The notes under the pieces are model-generated. The model was not told the origin of the DNA and searched no databases. It was given only the letters and a program-made list of their open reading frames with translations. This document shows positions 1 to 8,206 of a stretch of DNA of 24,609 nucleotides, one piece after another. The translations under genes and the position numbers were made by a program. The stretch's first letter is position 1. Every line of letters begins with the position of its first letter. The DNA lies in assembly GCA_035650075.1 (NCBI GenBank), contig DASRII010000474.1, positions 1 to 24,609 on the forward strand. The letters are read 5' to 3'. This DNA is from Micromonosporaceae bacterium. Lineage in GTDB: Bacteria; Actinomycetota; Actinomycetes; Mycobacteriales; Micromonosporaceae.

Positions 1-1
1 C

Positions 2-304
2 AACCGGTGGCGGCAGACCTGGCACGTGACGCTGCCCGGTATCCGGCCGACGATGGTGACGCTGCTGATCCTCAACCTCGGCACGTTCATGACCGTCGGG
101 TTCGAGAAGATCTTGCTGATCTACAACCCGTTGACGTATCCGACCGGAGACGTCATCGCCACCTACCTGTACCGGGTAGGCATAGTCTCCGGCAGCTTCA
201 GCTATGCGGCGGCGATCGGTCTGTTCGAGGCGCTCATCGCGCTCACGCTGGTCGTGTCGGCGAACGCCATCTCCCGTCGCGCGGTGGGCACGAGCATATG
301 GTGA
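2..304 (+). CDS. Sugar ABC transporter permease, LplB-like, 5'-partial (C-terminus only). The reading frame is open from the window edge and ends ...VSANAISRRAVGTSIW*.
   Basis: Frame-2 translation NRWRQTWHVTLPGIRPTMVTLLILNLGTFMTVGFEKILLIYNPLTYPTGDVIATYLYRVGIVSGSFSYAAAIGLFEALIALTLVV resembles the C-terminal membrane region of LplB/YtcP-type polysaccharide ABC permeases. The TGA at 302-304 overlaps the ATG of the next permease (ATGGTGA). Confidence 0.7.
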   Translation, partial: NRWRQTWHVTLPGIRPTMVTLLILNLGTFMTVGFEKILLIYNPLTYPTGDVIATYLYRVGIVSGSFSYAAAIGLFEALIALTLVVSANAISRRAVGTSIW

Positions 305-1221
305 CCATCGACAGTGGACTGAAGGACCTGCGGGCCGCGCGTCCTCGGCGGATCCGGCTCAGCAAGGGATACCGGGTCTTCCAGGTGGTCAACGGCATAG
401 TGCTGACCGCCGTGGTGGTGCTGACCCTGTACCCGTTCATCAACATCGTGGCCCGCTCGTTCTCCGAAGAGGCGTACATCATCGCCGGCAAGGTGAACCT
501 CGTGCCACGCGGCTTCGACCTGCGGGCGTACCGGCTCGTGCTGAACGACGAACTGTTCTGGACGAGCTACCGAAACACCGTGGTGTACACATTCGTCTCC
601 ACGCTCATCGCGATAACCCTGACCACATGCTTCGCCTATGTCCTGGCGAAGAAGCACCTCAAGGGACGCAACGCACTGATCGGGATCGCCGTGTTCACGC
701 TGGTCTTCCAGCCCGGCCTGATCCCGAACTATGTGCTCGTCACCAGTCTCGGCCTGAAGAACACCATCTGGGCCGTAGCCCTCCCCAACGCCATCAACGT
801 CTTCAACCTCCTCGTCATGAAGACGTTCTTCGAGAACCTGCCGGTCGAGTTGGAGGAAGCCGCGGCTGTCGACGGCCTGAACACGTACGGGATCCTGCTG
901 CGGATCGTGCTGCCACTGTCGAAAGCGGTCATCGCCACGATGGTGCTGTTCTACGCGGTGACGTTCTGGAACTCGTGGTTCGGCGCCTTCCTCTACATGG
1001 ACCGGTTGGATCTGTTCCCGGTAACCGTCTATCTGCGCAACCTGCTCGCGGGTGCTACCGGCGCCGATTTCATGGGTAGCGCCCCCGGCGATGTGGTGCA
1101 GTCCGCGGCCACCATCCAAGCCGTCACGATCGTGCTCACCGTCGTGCCGATCCTGGCGGTCTACCCCTTCGTCCAGCGGTTCTTCGTCACCGGCGTTCTG
1201 CTCGGGGCCGTCAAGGGGTAG
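298..1221 (+). CDS. Carbohydrate ABC transporter permease of the MalG/LplC type, with the EAA loop motif.
   Basis: 307 aa with multiple hydrophobic segments. The EAA signature is LEEAAAVDGLNTYGILLRIVLPLS. The ATG at 298 overlaps the upstream stop. The listed ORF 7..1221 is this gene with a spurious 5' extension that runs through the previous gene in another frame. Confidence 0.85.
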   Translation: MVTIDSGLKDLRAARPRRIRLSKGYRVFQVVNGIVLTAVVVLTLYPFINIVARSFSEEAYIIAGKVNLVPRGFDLRAYRLVLNDELFWTSYRNTVVYTFVSTLIAITLTTCFAYVLAKKHLKGRNALIGIAVFTLVFQPGLIPNYVLVTSLGLKNTIWAVALPNAINVFNLLVMKTFFENLPVELEEAAAVDGLNTYGILLRIVLPLSKAVIATMVLFYAVTFWNSWFGAFLYMDRLDLFPVTVYLRNLLAGATGADFMGSAPGDVVQSAATIQAVTIVLTVVPILAVYPFVQRFFVTGVLLGAVKG

Positions 1222-1255
1222 GTCAGCCCGCCTTTTCCAACGGAAGGAAGAGCCA

Positions 1256-2902
1256 ATGTTCCACAGATCGCGGTACCGCACCGCGGTGGTAGCCGCCGGT
1301 GTGCTGGCCCTCGCCCTCGGGGCTTGCGGCAGCGGTGGCGGGAGCTCCAACGGCCAGGACCTGTCCGGGAACCGGGTCGGTGCCATGTCCTCGTACAACG
1401 TCGGGGACCAGTTCAAGGCGACCGAGGCATTGTCGTTCTCGATGCTCTACAACAACCATCCGAACTATCCGTTGAAGAACGACTGGCTGTTCTGGTCCGA
1501 GCTGACGAAGCGGACCAACGTCTCCATTCAGCAGGTCGCGGTGCCGCTGTCCGACTACAACCAGAAGCGCAGCGTCCTGGTCAGCGCCGGGGACGCGCCG
1601 TTCATCATTCCGAAGACGTACCACCCGGACGAGAACGCGTTCATCTCCTCCGGCGCGATCCTTCCGGTCAGCGACTACATCGACCTGATGCCGAACTTCA
1701 AAGACAAGATGACCAAGTGGAACATGAAGCCGGAGATCGACACACTGCGTGCCGCCGACGGCAAGTTCTATTTGCTTCCCGGAATGCACGAGAGGCCGTG
1801 GCAGGACTACTCGCTCGCGATCCGGACCGACATCATGGACCAGTTGAAGCTCAGCGTCCCGAAGACGTGGGACGAGCTGTACACCGTCCTCAAGGCGATG
1901 AAGACCGCGTACCCGACCGTCTATCCGCTCTCCGACCGGTTCAGCAAGCCCACGCCGGGCGGCAACCTGTTCAACATCCTCGGCTCGTCCTACGGCGCTC
2001 CGGGCGGCTGGGGCTACAACCACGCGACGTGGGACGCGGACGCGAAGAAGTACTTCTACACCGGCGCCGGTGAGAAGTACAAGGCGTGGGTCACGTACCT
2101 CAACAAGCTCGTGACCGAAGGACTGCTCGACCCCGAGAGCTTCACCCAGGACGACGACGCCGCGCGGCAGAAGCTGGCCAACGGCAAGTCGTTCGTCATC
2201 AGCACCAACGCGCAGACGCTGGTGAACGACTACCGGCCGGACCTCGCGAAGACGATCCCGGCCGCGAAGATGGTGAAGATTCCGCTGCCGATCGGCCCGG
2301 CGGGTGAGGTCAACCCGTCCAGCCGGCTGGAGAACGGCATCATGATTTCCAAGAAGGCGCGGGAGAGCAAGAACTTCGTCGCGATGATGCAGTTCATCGA
2401 CTGGCTCTGGTACTCCGACGCCGGCCAGGAGTTCGCGAAGCTGGGTATCGAGGGCGTCACCAACAAGAAGGACTCGTCCGGCAAGCCGGTACTGGCCGAC
2501 GACGTCAACGTGGTGGGGCTGCACCCGAACGCGAGCAAGCACCTGCAGAAGGACTTCGGCTTCTACAACGGCGTGTTCGCCTACGGTGGCAAGCCCGAGC
2601 TGGTGCAGGCGTTCTTCTCCCCGGAGGAGCAGGCGTACCAGGCCGTCGTGGGCGTCCGGAAGCCTGCCCCGTGGGTGACTCCGCCGCCGGCCCCGTTCAC
2701 CGACGAGGAGCGTGAGCAGGCCGCGTTGTGGGAGACCGGGTTGAAGGACTACGTCTTCCAGCAGACGCTGAAGTTCATCCTCGGCCAGCGTCCGTTGAGC
2801 GAGTGGGACGCGTACGTCAAGGAGCTCGAGAGCAAGAACATGACGAAGTACATGGACCTCGTCAACAAGGCGTACGACCGGTACAAGCAGGCCAACGGCT
2901 GA
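1256..2902 (+). CDS. Extracellular sugar-binding lipoprotein of ABC transporter family 1, the large LplA/YtcQ type (548 aa).
   Basis: A GGAAGGAAGAG ribosome-binding site precedes the ATG at 1256. The N-terminus MFHRSRYRTAVVAAGVLALALGACGSGGGSS is a signal peptide with an LGAC lipobox. Size and composition fit the large solute-binding proteins of lplABC-type oligosaccharide systems. Confidence 0.8.
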   Translation: MFHRSRYRTAVVAAGVLALALGACGSGGGSSNGQDLSGNRVGAMSSYNVGDQFKATEALSFSMLYNNHPNYPLKNDWLFWSELTKRTNVSIQQVAVPLSDYNQKRSVLVSAGDAPFIIPKTYHPDENAFISSGAILPVSDYIDLMPNFKDKMTKWNMKPEIDTLRAADGKFYLLPGMHERPWQDYSLAIRTDIMDQLKLSVPKTWDELYTVLKAMKTAYPTVYPLSDRFSKPTPGGNLFNILGSSYGAPGGWGYNHATWDADAKKYFYTGAGEKYKAWVTYLNKLVTEGLLDPESFTQDDDAARQKLANGKSFVISTNAQTLVNDYRPDLAKTIPAAKMVKIPLPIGPAGEVNPSSRLENGIMISKKARESKNFVAMMQFIDWLWYSDAGQEFAKLGIEGVTNKKDSSGKPVLADDVNVVGLHPNASKHLQKDFGFYNGVFAYGGKPELVQAFFSPEEQAYQAVVGVRKPAPWVTPPPAPFTDEEREQAALWETGLKDYVFQQTLKFILGQRPLSEWDAYVKELESKNMTKYMDLVNKAYDRYKQANG

Positions 2903-2937
2903 CGGAGTTCGACTGGCGCCGGTCCGGAGGATGGTGA

Positions 2938-4419
2938 ATGCGCATCGTCGTACCTCACCGTCCTTCGGGCCGGCTGTCCGACGCTTGGCGGTTCTGCGTC
3001 GGTACCGGTCGCTTCGAGCTGGCCCTGCGGCGCGACTACCAGGACTCGCTGGCCCTCGTCCAGCGAGACATCGGGTTCCGGCACATCCGCGGGCACGGGT
3101 TGTTCGCGGACGGCGTCGGTATCCATCAGCCGTACGAGTACGGCGGCGCGCGCCACGTCCGGTACGCGTTCACGTACGTGGACCAGGTCATCGACGCCTA
3201 TCTCGAGCTCGGCATCGCGCCGTTCGTGGAGCTGGGCTTCATGCCATCCGGACTCGCCTCGGGCGAGCAGAACGTCTTCTGGTGGCGGGGCAACGTGACC
3301 CCACCCCGGTCCTGGTCCGAGTGGGCGGATCTGGTCCGGGCCACGGTGGCGCACCTCGTCGACCGGTACGGCCTCGAGCGGGTGCGCGGCTGGCCGATCG
3401 AGGTGTGGAACGAGCCGGACCTGGCGTACTTCTGGCCCGACGCGGATCAGGACGCGTACCACCGCCTGTACGAGGTCTCCGCCCACGCGGTCAAGGAGGT
3501 GGACGCGTCGCTTCAGGTCGGTGGCCCGGGGATCTCGCCCGGTGCCCACGACGACTGGCTACCTCGCTTCGCCGACTACGTGACCGTCCACAATGTACCG
3601 ATCGACTTCGTCAGCCGGCACGCGTACTCCGCGGGGCCTGCTCAGCACGTCCCGTTCGGTACGCACCAGACGCTGGCACCGGCGTCGACACTGCTGGTCC
3701 AGTTCGCGACTCCGCGGCGGCAGTTGCGCGACACCGCACTGGCCGACCTGCCTGTCTACATCACCGAGTTCAATTCTTCGTACCGCCCCGACAATCCGAT
3801 CCACGACACGGCTTTCCACGCGGCGTACCTGGCGCCTGTGGTGGCCGGCGGTGGTGATGTGGTCGACGGCTACTCGTACTGGACGTTCAGCGACGTGTTC
3901 GAGGAAACGGGTGTGCCGACGGCACTCTTCCACGGCGGGTTCGGCCTGCTGACTCACCGCCAGATCAAGAAACCGACGTACCACCTGTACGCGTTCATGG
4001 CCCGCATGGGCGAGCACATCCTGACACGCGGCCCGGATCACCTGGTCACGCGGGACGACGACGGTCGGGTCACCGTGCTGGCCTGGGCGCCGGTGCAGCT
4101 GTCGATCCCGCTCGAAAGCACGTCGGCTTTCATGCTGCGCTCGTCGGTGAGCGAGGAGATGGGCAACGCACGGGCGGCGTGGGCCGAGATGGGCCGTCCA
4201 CTGTTCCCGCGGCCCCGCCAGCTGGACGCGTTGCGGGAAGCCGCGGAACCGGTACGCCGGCACCGGAGCCTGCCCGTGGTCGACGGGCGGGTCGACCTGG
4301 ACCTGCACCTGGACCGGTACGAGGTGACCCTGGTAGAAATTACGCCCGTGACCGACGAGACTCCACTGTGGTGGGACGAGGGCCGGTTGCTGGGAGGCGG
4401 CGATGAAAGAGTTCGGTGA
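2938..4419 (+). CDS. Glycoside hydrolase family 39 beta-xylosidase (XynB-like).
   Basis: Blocks conserved with characterised GH39 xylosidases are present: WRFCVGTGRFELALRRDY, IRGHGLF..GVGI, FVELGFMPSGLASGEQNVFWWRGNVTPP, EVWNEPDL (acid/base Glu) and ITEFNSSYRPDNPIHDT (nucleophile Glu). A GGAGGA ribosome-binding site precedes the ATG. Confidence 0.85.
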   Translation: MRIVVPHRPSGRLSDAWRFCVGTGRFELALRRDYQDSLALVQRDIGFRHIRGHGLFADGVGIHQPYEYGGARHVRYAFTYVDQVIDAYLELGIAPFVELGFMPSGLASGEQNVFWWRGNVTPPRSWSEWADLVRATVAHLVDRYGLERVRGWPIEVWNEPDLAYFWPDADQDAYHRLYEVSAHAVKEVDASLQVGGPGISPGAHDDWLPRFADYVTVHNVPIDFVSRHAYSAGPAQHVPFGTHQTLAPASTLLVQFATPRRQLRDTALADLPVYITEFNSSYRPDNPIHDTAFHAAYLAPVVAGGGDVVDGYSYWTFSDVFEETGVPTALFHGGFGLLTHRQIKKPTYHLYAFMARMGEHILTRGPDHLVTRDDDGRVTVLAWAPVQLSIPLESTSAFMLRSSVSEEMGNARAAWAEMGRPLFPRPRQLDALREAAEPVRRHRSLPVVDGRVDLDLHLDRYEVTLVEITPVTDETPLWWDEGRLLGGGDERVR

Positions 4420-5071
4420 AGGGCCGCTCTCGCAATTCGCGGCGTTCGTCTACACATTGCTGGTGGTCGAGCTGTTGTTGCTGGTCAGCGGCGCGCCTGC
4501 GGTGGTTCTGCTGATGCTGCTGGGTCGCGATGCGAGCAACATTCCGCTGGCGGTGGTCTGTGCGCTGCCGCTCGGCCCGGCCATCTCGGCCGCGCTGTAC
4601 GCGTTGCGGCACCGCCGCGGGGACCTGACGGACCTGACGCCGGCCGCGGCGTACCTGCGCGGCTACCGGCTCAACCTGCTGGGAGTCCTGAAGATCTGGG
4701 TGCCGTGGTTGGTCTGGCTGAGCGTCGTCGCGGTCAACCTCGCCAACTTCGGCGCGGCCGGCGTACCGCCGTGGTGGGCCGGGTTGCTGGTCGTCGTCGT
4801 GGTGGCCTCGGCGCTGTGGGAAGCCAACGCCCTGATGATCACGTCGCTGTTCGAGTTCCGTACCCGGGATGTGGCGCGGCTGGCGACGTACTTCCTCGTG
4901 CGTACCCCCGGCACGACCCTGGGCAACGCGTGCCTGCTGGTCGTGGCGGCGGGTGTCCTCGTGGTCTCGTCGGAGGCGGTGCTCGCGCTGCTCGGCGTCG
5001 TCTTCGTGCTGGCGTACCTGTGGAACAGCCGGCCGATCGTCGCCGCCGTACGTCAGGAGTTCACCGCGTGA
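4403..5071 (+). CDS. YesL-like DUF624 integral membrane protein.
   Basis: 222 aa and strongly hydrophobic with about 6 predicted TM segments. Size, topology and position between glycoside hydrolases match YesL/DUF624 proteins of sugar-utilisation operons. The start overlaps the GH39 3' end by 17 nt and the stop overlaps the GH42 start (GTGA). Confidence 0.65.
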   Translation: MKEFGEGPLSQFAAFVYTLLVVELLLLVSGAPAVVLLMLLGRDASNIPLAVVCALPLGPAISAALYALRHRRGDLTDLTPAAAYLRGYRLNLLGVLKIWVPWLVWLSVVAVNLANFGAAGVPPWWAGLLVVVVVASALWEANALMITSLFEFRTRDVARLATYFLVRTPGTTLGNACLLVVAAGVLVVSSEAVLALLGVVFVLAYLWNSRPIVAAVRQEFTA

Positions 5072-7071
5072 AGGTTCTCTTCGGCGGCGACTACAACCCC
5101 GAGCAGTGGCCGGAGCCGGTGTGGGACGAGGACTACCGGCTGTTCGACGAGGCCCGGATCGACACCGTCACGCTCGGCGTCTTCGCGTGGGCGCTGACCC
5201 AGCCCGCCCCGGACGTGTACGACTTCTCGACGCTGGACCGGATCGTCGAGCGGGCGAGCACCGAGGGCCGGAACATCTGCCTGGGCACGGGTACGGCGGC
5301 CCACCCGCCGTGGCTCGCACGCGCCTTCCCCGAGGTGACGCGTACCGACTTCGAGGGCCGCAAGCACCGGTTCGGGCAGCGGCACAACTCCTGCCCCAGC
5401 TCGCCGGTGTTCCGCCGGCTGTCCACCGAGCTGGCCCGTCGGGTCGCGCAGCGGTACGCCGGCAACGCGTCGATCGTGGCGTGGCACGTCGGAAACGAGT
5501 ACGGCGGCGCGTGTTACTGCTCGCTGTGTGCCGCTGGGTTTCGCGACTGGTTGCGCGCTCGGCACGGCACGTTGGCCGCGCTCAACGAGGCCTGGTACAC
5601 CACATTCTGGTCGCACACATTCACGGACTGGGACGAGATCGAGCCGCCGTCCGCGCTCACCGAGCACTGGCGCGGGCCCGACCACACCGCCTTTCCGGGC
5701 ATCACGCTGGACTATCTGCGGTTCATGTCGGACGCGATGCTCGCCAACTTCGTCGACGAGAAGACGGCGATCCGCGAATCCAGCGCCGCGCCGGTCACGA
5801 CGAACTTCATGGGTATGTACCGGCCCATCGACTACCACCGCTGGGCCGCCCACCTCGACTTCGCCTCGTGGGACAACTACCCGCCGGACGACACCTCGCA
5901 GGCGCGGATGGCGCTGACCCACGACCTGATGCGCGGACTCAAGGGCGGCCAGCCGTTCTGGCTGATGGAACAGACGCCGAGCTACACGGCCAGCCGGGAC
6001 GTGAACCCGCTCCAGCGGCCGGGCGTGATGCGGCTGTGGAGCTGGCAGGCGGTAGCGCACGGCGCGGATGCGGTGCTGTTCTTCCAGTTGCGTGCCTCGC
6101 TCGGGGCGTGCGAGAAGTACCACGGTGCGGTCATCGGCCACGCGGGTCGCTCGGACACCCGCGTTTTCCGCGAGGTGGCTTCGCTCGGGGCCGAGCTCGA
6201 TCTGCTCGGCGGCGCGACGCTCGGCGCGCGTACGCCGGCCCGGGTCGCGCTGCTGTTCGACTGGGACAGCTGGTGGGCGCTGGAGCTGTCCGACGGCCCG
6301 TCACGCCTCGTCCGGTACCAGGATGTGGTGCTCGCCTATTACCGCGCGCTGTGGGATGCCGGGGCCGACGTGGACGTGGTCCCGGTGACCGCGGACCTGG
6401 CCGGCTACGACGTCGTTTTCGCGCCCGTGCTGTACATGATCAAGGGCGATCTGGCGCACCGGCTCGAGCAGGTGGCATCGAGGGGTGGGTCGGTCGTGAC
6501 GACGTTCCTCTCCGGACGGGTCGACGAGCACAACAACGCGTTCGCGATGGACGTGCCGGGTCCGCTGGGGCCGTTGATGGGGGTACGCGTCGACGAATGG
6601 GACGCCCGCGGACCGGACGTGGTCAACCCGGTCCGCCTGAACGCGTTCGAGGTCGATGCCAGGCTGATCTTCGAGCTGGTGATCCCGCAGGGCGCCGAGG
6701 TCCTCGGCACCTACCAGGCCGACTTCTACGCCGGCACCCCGGCCGTCACGCGAAACGAGTTCGGCAGGGGCCTTGGCTGGTACGTCGCCACCGGGCTGGA
6801 CGACGACGGCGTCATGTTGGTCGTCCGACGGGTGCTCTCCCGCCACGACCTGCTGGGGCTCTACGCCGACATAGATGACCTCGAGACCGCTGTCCGTGTC
6901 ACGCCGGACGGGACGCGGCTGCTGTTCCTCCTCAACCACGGTGCCGAGCCGCTCGACATGCCCGCCCGCACCGGCGGAGTCGACCTGCTGACCGGCAAGC
7001 GGATCGACGAGGGCCAGCCACTGGTGCTGGACCCATGCGGGGTCATCGTGTTGCGCGAGGACGGCGGCTGA
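5068..7071 (+). CDS. Glycoside hydrolase family 42 beta-galactosidase.
   Basis: The GTG start at 5068 gives VKVLFGGDYNPEQWPEPVWDEDYRLFDEARIDTVTLGVFAWALTQPAP. Further GH42 blocks are LGTGTAAHPPWL, RHNSCPSSPVF, the acid/base motif and Cys-rich metal site GNEYGGACYCSLCAAGFRDWL, the nucleophile region WLMEQ, and a C-terminal trimerisation/beta-sandwich region. The listed ORF 4705..7071 is the same frame with a spurious upstream extension. ORF 4869..6878 is an Arg/Gly-rich shadow frame. Confidence 0.9.
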   Translation: MKVLFGGDYNPEQWPEPVWDEDYRLFDEARIDTVTLGVFAWALTQPAPDVYDFSTLDRIVERASTEGRNICLGTGTAAHPPWLARAFPEVTRTDFEGRKHRFGQRHNSCPSSPVFRRLSTELARRVAQRYAGNASIVAWHVGNEYGGACYCSLCAAGFRDWLRARHGTLAALNEAWYTTFWSHTFTDWDEIEPPSALTEHWRGPDHTAFPGITLDYLRFMSDAMLANFVDEKTAIRESSAAPVTTNFMGMYRPIDYHRWAAHLDFASWDNYPPDDTSQARMALTHDLMRGLKGGQPFWLMEQTPSYTASRDVNPLQRPGVMRLWSWQAVAHGADAVLFFQLRASLGACEKYHGAVIGHAGRSDTRVFREVASLGAELDLLGGATLGARTPARVALLFDWDSWWALELSDGPSRLVRYQDVVLAYYRALWDAGADVDVVPVTADLAGYDVVFAPVLYMIKGDLAHRLEQVASRGGSVVTTFLSGRVDEHNNAFAMDVPGPLGPLMGVRVDEWDARGPDVVNPVRLNAFEVDARLIFELVIPQGAEVLGTYQADFYAGTPAVTRNEFGRGLGWYVATGLDDDGVMLVVRRVLSRHDLLGLYADIDDLETAVRVTPDGTRLLFLLNHGAEPLDMPARTGGVDLLTGKRIDEGQPLVLDPCGVIVLREDGG

Positions 7072-7138
7072 AACGTACACTGCGGCGATGGTCGCGGCCG
7101 AACGCGATGGCATGCGGCGCGGGCGACGCCGGGGAGAG

Positions 7139-8167
7139 ATGACGGTGGCCACCATCGCCCGGATGGCGGGTGTCTCGCCACCCACGGTGTCGAAGGTGCT
7201 CAACGGGCGGTCCGGCGTGGCCGCGTCCACCCGGCGCCGGGTCGAGCAGCTGTTGCGCGAGCACGGGTACCGCCGGCCGGATGTGGTCGGCCCCGCGTCC
7301 CTGCTGGAGGTGGTCTTCTCGGCGCTGGAGAGCCACCTGGCGATCGAGATCATGCGTGGCGTGGAGCGCGTCGCACGCGAGCAGGAACTGGCCGTCGGCT
7401 TCACCGATACGCACGGCCGGTCCACGGCCGGCCGGTCGTGGACCGAAGAGGTGCTGTCCCGCCGGCCGACCGGCGTCATCTCGGTCTACTCCGAGATCAC
7501 CCCGGAGCAGCACGCGCAGCTGGCCAGCAGCTCGATCCCGCTCGTGGCGCTCGATCCGACCGGCGAACCCGGCCACGCGATTCCGTCGGTCGGGGCGACC
7601 AACTGGAGTGGTGGCCTGTCCGCCACCCGGCACCTGCTCGAACTGGGACACCGCCGGGTCGCGGCGATCGCCGGGCCAGCCGAGATTCTCTGCGCGCGCG
7701 CCCGGTTGGACGGCTACCGGGCGGCGATGGATGTCGCCGGCGTACCCGTCGACCCCGAGCTGGTACGGATCGGCGCGTTCTCCTTCGAGGACGGGCTGGT
7801 TGAAGGACGGGCGCTGCTCGCGCTGGACGATCCGCCGACCGCCGTCGTCTGCGGCAACGACCTGCAGGCACTGGGCGTCTACGAGGCCGCCCGGGAAGCG
7901 GGGGTACGCATCCCCGACGACCTCAGCGTGGTGGGCTTCGACGACATCGAGTACGCCCGCTGGTGCGGGCCACCGCTGACAACGATCCAGCAGCCGCTGG
8001 TCGAGATGGGGGCCGCTGCGGCGAAGCTCGTCCTCGCGATGGCCGCCGGGGAACCGCTCGCGCAAACCCGCGTGGAGCTGGCCACCCGGCTCGTGGTCCG
8101 GCAGAGCACTGCCCCCTTGGCCATCGAACATGTTCGTCGTACGCTTGGAAACGTTTCTATGGAGTGA
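7139..8167 (+). CDS. LacI-family transcriptional regulator.
   Basis: The N-terminal helix-turn-helix is MTVATIARMAGVSPPTVSKVLNGRSGVAASTRRRVEQLLREHGYRRP, followed by a periplasmic-binding-protein-like sugar-binding core. A GGGGAGAG ribosome-binding site lies 0-2 nt before the ATG at 7139. Confidence 0.85.
   Translation: MTVATIARMAGVSPPTVSKVLNGRSGVAASTRRRVEQLLREHGYRRPDVVGPASLLEVVFSALESHLAIEIMRGVERVAREQELAVGFTDTHGRSTAGRSWTEEVLSRRPTGVISVYSEITPEQHAQLASSSIPLVALDPTGEPGHAIPSVGATNWSGGLSATRHLLELGHRRVAAIAGPAEILCARARLDGYRAAMDVAGVPVDPELVRIGAFSFEDGLVEGRALLALDDPPTAVVCGNDLQALGVYEAAREAGVRIPDDLSVVGFDDIEYARWCGPPLTTIQQPLVEMGAAAAKLVLAMAAGEPLAQTRVELATRLVVRQSTAPLAIEHVRRTLGNVSME
8125..8159. promoter_or_regulatory. 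Two AT-rich palindromes that look like operator sites: CGAACATGTTCG (8125-8136, perfect 12 bp) and TGGAAACGTTTCTA (8146-8159, with a perfect 10-bp core GAAACGTTTC).
   Basis: Read directly from the sequence. They lie in the last 45 nt of lacI, 50-80 bp upstream of the esterase start at 8207. The second has the central CG that is typical of LacI/GalR-family operators. Confidence 0.35.
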
Positions 8168-8206
8168 TGTCCGGGCGCTCCTCCGTCTGATCCGAGGAGT
8201 ACCCGC

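Noticed and set aside
2086-2307. Small ORFs of 60-130 aa scattered inside larger genes (for example 2086..2307, 3593..3952, 4179..4406, 5528..5917, 8941..9276, 16097..16309).
   Set aside because: All are nested in alternative frames of well-supported genes and have the Arg/Pro/Gly/Ser-rich composition of GC-rich out-of-frame translation.
202-2542. Long minus-strand ORFs (202..1416 and 1223..2542, 404 and 439 aa) opposite the permease and solute-binding-protein genes.
   Set aside because: They are Arg/Gly/Asp-rich with no membrane or domain character, which is typical of GC-rich antisense shadow frames. The plus-strand frames have clear ABC-permease (EAA motif) and lipoprotein signal-peptide features.
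4869-6878. A 669-aa plus-strand ORF overlapping the GH42 gene in another frame, and the minus-strand ORFs 5053..6141 and 6301..7479.
   Set aside because: The GH42 frame contains family-defining blocks (YNPEQWP, GNEYGGACYCSLC). The alternatives are Arg/Gly/Pro-rich shadows.
8125-8136. CGAACATGTTCG as a LexA / Cheo-type SOS box.
   Set aside because: The Gram-positive and actinobacterial SOS box is CGAAC-N4-GTTCG (14 bp). This element has a 2-nt spacer, so it does not fit. It is kept only as an unassigned operator-like palindrome.
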